Source: Cyanobacteria bacterium auto_48_18 (GTDB lineage: Bacteria > Cyanobacteriota > Vampirovibrionia > Obscuribacterales > Obscuribacteraceae). Taken from it: a stretch of 64,000 nt of DNA. This document shows positions 59,748 to 64,000 of this stretch, piece by piece (within the stretch, counting starts at the first letter, position 1; every line of letters begins with the position of its first letter). The position numbers and the translations under genes are program-made. The stretch is from assembly GCA_036170915.1 (NCBI GenBank), contig JAVHQC010000036.1, positions 192,001-256,000 of the forward strand, in the 5' to 3' direction. The notes under the pieces are model-generated. The model worked only from the letters and a program-made list of their open reading frames with translations, was not told the DNA's origin and did not search any database.

Positions 59748-60730
59748 CAAAAATTAGTTTGCGAATTTCCCTTTTTGCACTCTTGGCTCTGTTACTGACT
59801 AACCAGGCTGGTTCGGCCATGGCAGCTGAACCACTAGCCACTGGTATCAGTAAAGCGCGCCCGAAAATTGGCCTCGCCCTTGGTGGCGGTGGTATGCGCT
59901 CAGCCGCCTGTGTGGGTGTACTCAAAGTGCTCGATGACGAAGGCATACCGGTGGATGTACTGGTAGGAAGCGGTATGGGAGCGGTAGTTGGCGGGCTCTA
60001 TTCAGCCGGGGTAACACCCCAACACATTGCCGAGCAGTTCACCGATAAAAAGCTGATGAGCGCTTACGTAACGGTGCCGCTTAAGCTCAGAGTTTTAGTG
60101 ATACCACTTTTTTATACACCTCGATTTTTCGGTTACGAACCTTATGATGGCCTTTATCGTGGCAAAAGATTCGCCTCATATTTGAACAAACAAGTGCCCG
60201 AAACAGAGCGCAATATCGAAGATTTGAAAATGACATTCGGCGCAGTGGCGGTGAATTTGATTGATGGTCACACGGTTACCATGACCAGAGGCAATCTTGG
60301 TAAAGCCTTGCAAGCAAGCGCAGCCATTCCCGCTTTGCGCAAACCAGTGAAGTTACCCGAGTTCAATAACGGCTTGTTTGTCGATGGTGGTGTGCTGGTC
60401 AATATTCCAGTTACAGAAGCAAAAAAACTAGGAGCCGACATCGTTATCGCCGTCAATGTAGACGAGGCGCTGGCACCCGCCACCGACAAAGACTTTCACA
60501 AAGTTGGCAGCGTCAGCCACCGCGTTATCACTTTGCACTTTAGAGAAGTTGATGCCGCTCAGCTGGCTAAATCGGACTATGTAATCAGACCAAATGTAGA
60601 TGGCATTGGTATGATTTCAACAAAGTCTGACGACGCCAAACAATGCATTCAAGCCGGAGAGACCGCTGCTAGACGCGCCATTCCAGCCATTCGCGAATTA
60701 ATCGAACGCTACAATTCGACTAGCCAGTAA
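59732..60730 (+). CDS. Secreted patatin-like protein (catalytic Ser apparently replaced)
   Basis: Signal peptide, LALGGGGMR, GSGMG, ASAAIP, VDGG; ORF opens at 59708. Confidence 0.9.
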   Translation: MDMVLTKISLRISLFALLALLLTNQAGSAMAAEPLATGISKARPKIGLALGGGGMRSAACVGVLKVLDDEGIPVDVLVGSGMGAVVGGLYSAGVTPQHIAEQFTDKKLMSAYVTVPLKLRVLVIPLFYTPRFFGYEPYDGLYRGKRFASYLNKQVPETERNIEDLKMTFGAVAVNLIDGHTVTMTRGNLGKALQASAAIPALRKPVKLPEFNNGLFVDGGVLVNIPVTEAKKLGADIVIAVNVDEALAPATDKDFHKVGSVSHRVITLHFREVDAAQLAKSDYVIRPNVDGIGMISTKSDDAKQCIQAGETAARRAIPAIRELIERYNSTSQ

Positions 60731-61565
60731 GGGCAGTGTCAAGACTGAGTGTTTTAGCATGATTTTCTGGTGCGTCGATTTGCATGTAATTTTCTAGACC
60801 GCCTTCAAGCAGTCTTTTTACATCATTGACGAATCTGGCCGCAGGTCCACCATCGATCATACGGTGGTCAAAATTGAGTGTAAGAGTCATCATAGGCCGC
60901 ACCACGATTTTCCCGTCGCGCACTACCGCTCTTTGTTCAATTTCGCCAATACCAAAAGTAGAGGTAGAAACACATGGAGGAATAAGCGCTTTAGCGCCCC
61001 ACTTACCAATTGAGCTGAGGCCGAATGTGGCTCCAAGATACTTCAAACGCACAGCCGGATAACGCATGCCCATCCAGAGAATGAACCGGCGGAAGAGCCA
61101 CGGCATCTTGCTGAAATTGTCTTGACGGGTGAGATGTTCCATTGATGACATATCAGAATCGGAATATTCCTTAAGCTCGGAAGCAATCTCTTCTACTGAT
61201 TTTGTGTCTGGATTTTTGATGGCACCAAAAAATACGGCGGGTTGCTCACCGACATAGCGCTCAACCGTAAAACCCGCGACGATATCGTTGAAAGTGACTG
61301 TGCGACCCCAGGGCAGCGTAGCCGTGCGACTATCAGGATGAGCCCTCTGGGCAATGGCAATGGCTTTGAGCAAAATGGCGGTTACAGTAACTTTGGAGCC
61401 CATAGACTTCAACTTGGCTCTAATTTCTTCCACCCAGGTCATATCAATATCAATGAACAGATAGGTTGGCACTGCATCTTTATTGCAGAAAGTGACCATA
61501 TCGATCACGTTCCATCTTGGTTTTGGAATTGAAGAGAGTGAGAAGCCTTTGCTTTTTTTGTCCAT
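60720..61565 (-). CDS. Stand-alone 2-oxoacid-dehydrogenase E2-type acyltransferase catalytic domain
   Basis: IKNPDTKS, TLNFDHRMIDGGPAARF; no lipoyl domain. Confidence 0.88.
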   Translation of the reverse strand: MDKKSKGFSLSSIPKPRWNVIDMVTFCNKDAVPTYLFIDIDMTWVEEIRAKLKSMGSKVTVTAILLKAIAIAQRAHPDSRTATLPWGRTVTFNDIVAGFTVERYVGEQPAVFFGAIKNPDTKSVEEIASELKEYSDSDMSSMEHLTRQDNFSKMPWLFRRFILWMGMRYPAVRLKYLGATFGLSSIGKWGAKALIPPCVSTSTFGIGEIEQRAVVRDGKIVVRPMMTLTLNFDHRMIDGGPAARFVNDVKRLLEGGLENYMQIDAPENHAKTLSLDTALTG

Positions 61566-61809
61566 TATTTTATTCCGTCAGTGTCGAGAATTGAGCTAGC
61601 CGACTAGACAATAACCTGGTGATCAAAGTTCCCTGCCTGTGCAGAGTCTGGCCGGAGCTCAGATCTGATCTAATTATAGGCTACCTCTTGGCTTTCTAGA
61701 AGTAATCTGGTGGTAAGTAACGCCCTTTACCACGGCCCAAAAGGCCGAAATAGGCCCAAATCGTCAACAATTTCTGTAATTTAATCTTGCAGCGGAAGTT
61801 TTGGCCCTT

Positions 61810-63288
61810 TTAACGCTGCGTGTCTTCTTCTAAGGGTGCCAAACCGTCGGGATCGGTGAGCTGACTTTCATCGCGATCTTCCATGGCCGTATCAAAAGCT
61901 GACCGGTTCTGATTGCGGTTGACTGCCACATTGGTCATATTGGAGGGCAGCCCCTGAGAAAGAGAATCTTTGTCAGGCCCGTAGGTTAAAGTGACGCCAT
62001 TTGAAGGCTGTGTAATAGGAACGGGAACAGGAACCGGATCTTCGCCATTAGAAATGCTCGGCAGATTTCGATTTTTGTTGCCCAATCCAGGAAAGCCAAA
62101 ATTGGCCATGCCACTGCCGAAAGTGGCAAAAGGATCTGAATTTGAACTTGAATTTGAAGTTGAGCCAGAGGCCGTGCCATTCTTAACGGTAATCTTGCCA
62201 CCTTTGCTCCCATTAGGAATTTGTGATTCGACCATTTTTTTCAAAGTCTCTTCACGCCGCTTAATTTCTTCCAGGCGTTTTTCCAAAATTACACGTTCTT
62301 CGCGATTTTGACCAAGCTGAAATTCGCTCTCTTTTTTCAGCTCTAAAAATTTAGTGTATGCAAACCAGCCACCGATGGAAAGACACATCACCAGGATGCC
62401 CACAGTCATTTCTAAAAGTTTGAAATTGCTTTTCTCTTCAGGCTGCGTGGTTGTGACGTAATCGAGCTCATCTTTCATCTCTAAAGCTGATTGATAGCGC
62501 AGATAAACATCTTGCTGCGTGGCGCGGCTGACAATTAAATCAGCGGCTTCAGAAATCTCTTCATCGACATCGCGGGGTGAGCAGACAGTAAGTGCCAGCG
62601 GCTCTTCACCAGTAAGAAGAAAATACATAGTGGCGCCCAGGGCATAAATATCAGAACGGGGATCGGCACCACCCCAATATTGCTCAGGTGGAGAATAGCC
62701 CTGAGAGACCACATGGGTGTTGTCGCCATCGTCTTGATAAAGCCGGGCAATACCAAAGTCAACCAATTTGACATTGTCTTTAGTGTCAATCATGACATTG
62801 GAAGGTTTCAAATCGCGGTAAATGACGGGCGGATCGTGAGCATGCAAATAATGCAGTACTTCACAAATTTGCTTGGACCAGCCCAGCACCTGGTCTTCAG
62901 AGAAAGGCTCTTCTCTTTCTTTGAGCATATCTTGCAGATTATGGCCTTCTACGTACTCCATAACCAGGTAGTACTCTTCGTCTTCGCGGAACGAATCGAG
63001 TACCAGCACGATGTTTGGATGCTGCAATTTGCTCAGCACTTTGGCTTCGCGTAAGAAAAATTGTTGTGCTTTCTCTTTATCTTCATCGCGGAAGAAATCA
63101 TCACGCAAGCGTTTGACCACGCATTTGCGATTGTCTAAATTGAGGTCACGGGCCAGATAAACAGTACCCATGCCACCTTGACCCAGATAATCAACAACTT
63201 GCCAGCGACCGCGCAAAACGAAAGGCCCATCTTTTTGAGGGTCTCTGTATGGCAGTCCGCTATTGCTATGCTCGAAACTAGATGGCAT
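61810..63288 (-). CDS. Hanks-type Ser/Thr kinase with TM, coiled coil and disordered C-terminus
   Basis: GQGGMG, VVK, YRDLKPSN, DFG, GYSPPE. Confidence 0.95.
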   Translation of the reverse strand: MPSSFEHSNSGLPYRDPQKDGPFVLRGRWQVVDYLGQGGMGTVYLARDLNLDNRKCVVKRLRDDFFRDEDKEKAQQFFLREAKVLSKLQHPNIVLVLDSFREDEEYYLVMEYVEGHNLQDMLKEREEPFSEDQVLGWSKQICEVLHYLHAHDPPVIYRDLKPSNVMIDTKDNVKLVDFGIARLYQDDGDNTHVVSQGYSPPEQYWGGADPRSDIYALGATMYFLLTGEEPLALTVCSPRDVDEEISEAADLIVSRATQQDVYLRYQSALEMKDELDYVTTTQPEEKSNFKLLEMTVGILVMCLSIGGWFAYTKFLELKKESEFQLGQNREERVILEKRLEEIKRREETLKKMVESQIPNGSKGGKITVKNGTASGSTSNSSSNSDPFATFGSGMANFGFPGLGNKNRNLPSISNGEDPVPVPVPITQPSNGVTLTYGPDKDSLSQGLPSNMTNVAVNRNQNRSAFDTAMEDRDESQLTDPDGLAPLEEDTQR

Positions 63289-63352
63289 GAAATTGCTGAT
63301 TTAGAACTGATGCTTGAGTACTCTTGAGTACTTCAGTATAACAATCTTTAAT

Positions 63353-64000
63353 CTATTTCAAAAGCCCGTATTTTAAGCAAAGCTGGCGAAACAAATCGAG
63401 CCCTTGATGATGTTCGGCAGAAAAGCTGTAATCAAGCTCGCTTCTAAAATAGCTATCGAGAGCAGCGTGTGGCAGCCCAGTGCGCCGCATGGCTTCGGCC
63501 AAGACCACCTCATAATCGTCGTTTAGCCCATGACAGAGGCACTGATAGAGGAAATCATTCAGTCGTTCAAAATCATCGAGGTTAGCATCACACCAGGTTT
63601 TGCGAGCAGCCCACACGCCAAAGACCATGGGCAGACTGAAGCGCTCAAACCACCAGAGTCCGAGGTCTTGACGCACATAGCTCGCTTCTTCCCCCCTGGC
63701 CTTAATGGCAAGATCCGCCGCCAGAGCGTTGTCGCCAATCACTACCCAGCCATCATATTGAAGGTCTATTGGCATCGCGTCACCGCTTGCAGCCAGGTCG
63801 GAAACAAAATCAATACTTTGCAAAAACTCGGCGCCGCCAAATTCTTCGGCCAGAAGCACTTTAACTAGATTATTGGAGGTGGCAGACGATTTTGACAGGG
63901 CGATGCGAGAGCCCCGAAGCTGGTCTAATGGCCGGCGGCTGAAAAAAAGCACACTACCAACAGCTCCACGACTGGCAATGCAGAGGCGGTCAAACAGCCT
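63353..64000 (-). CDS. mqnA: Chorismate dehydratase (futalosine pathway), 5' end outside the window
   Basis: Frame open to the window edge: CIASRGAVGSVLFFS, SATS, IGDNAL, LPMVFGVW. Confidence 0.85.
   Translation of the reverse strand, partial: RLFDRLCIASRGAVGSVLFFSRRPLDQLRGSRIALSKSSATSNNLVKVLLAEEFGGAEFLQSIDFVSDLAASGDAMPIDLQYDGWVVIGDNALAADLAIKARGEEASYVRQDLGLWWFERFSLPMVFGVWAARKTWCDANLDDFERLNDFLYQCLCHGLNDDYEVVLAEAMRRTGLPHAALDSYFRSELDYSFSAEHHQGLDLFRQLCLKYGLLK

Noticed and set aside
55040..60730. CBASS-like defence system (cyclase plus patatin)
   Set aside because: The cyclase is GGDEF rather than CD-NTase, and the patatin has a signal peptide and lacks the catalytic Ser

Overview
Chromosomal (non-mobile) bacterial DNA of roughly mid-GC content. 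The gene set points to a non-photosynthetic cyanobacterial relative (Vampirovibrionia/Melainabacteria, Obscuribacterales-like): cyanobacteria-like smc, sepF and dapA-rnj, many Hanks kinases and TPR/LRR proteins, futalosine-pathway mqnA, and no photosynthesis genes. This taxonomic call is an inference. In order, the window holds: smc-scpA-scpB-ispD-sepF; a minus-strand M16 peptidase-dut-dapB-dapA-rnj-mnmH(selU) operon; a four-gene glycosyltransferase locus; a probable 6S-like RNA and tRNA-Thr(CGT); assorted transporters and enzymes; the ligase-associated DNA-repair quartet (exonuclease, ATP-dependent ligase, Lhr-like helicase, PdeM), split by an inverted Na+/H+ antiporter; htrA followed by two atypical membrane kinases; a c-di-GMP cluster (frameshifted REC-HPt-REC-REC-GGDEF, REC, DUF62, MshEN-repeat protein, patatin); and a partial mqnA. 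I saw no CRISPR array, integrase, transposase or prophage. The most notable observations are a reciprocal Lys/Thr swap in the catalytic machinery of two tandem kinases, the c-di-GMP cluster, two candidate ncRNAs and several apparent pseudo-enzymes.
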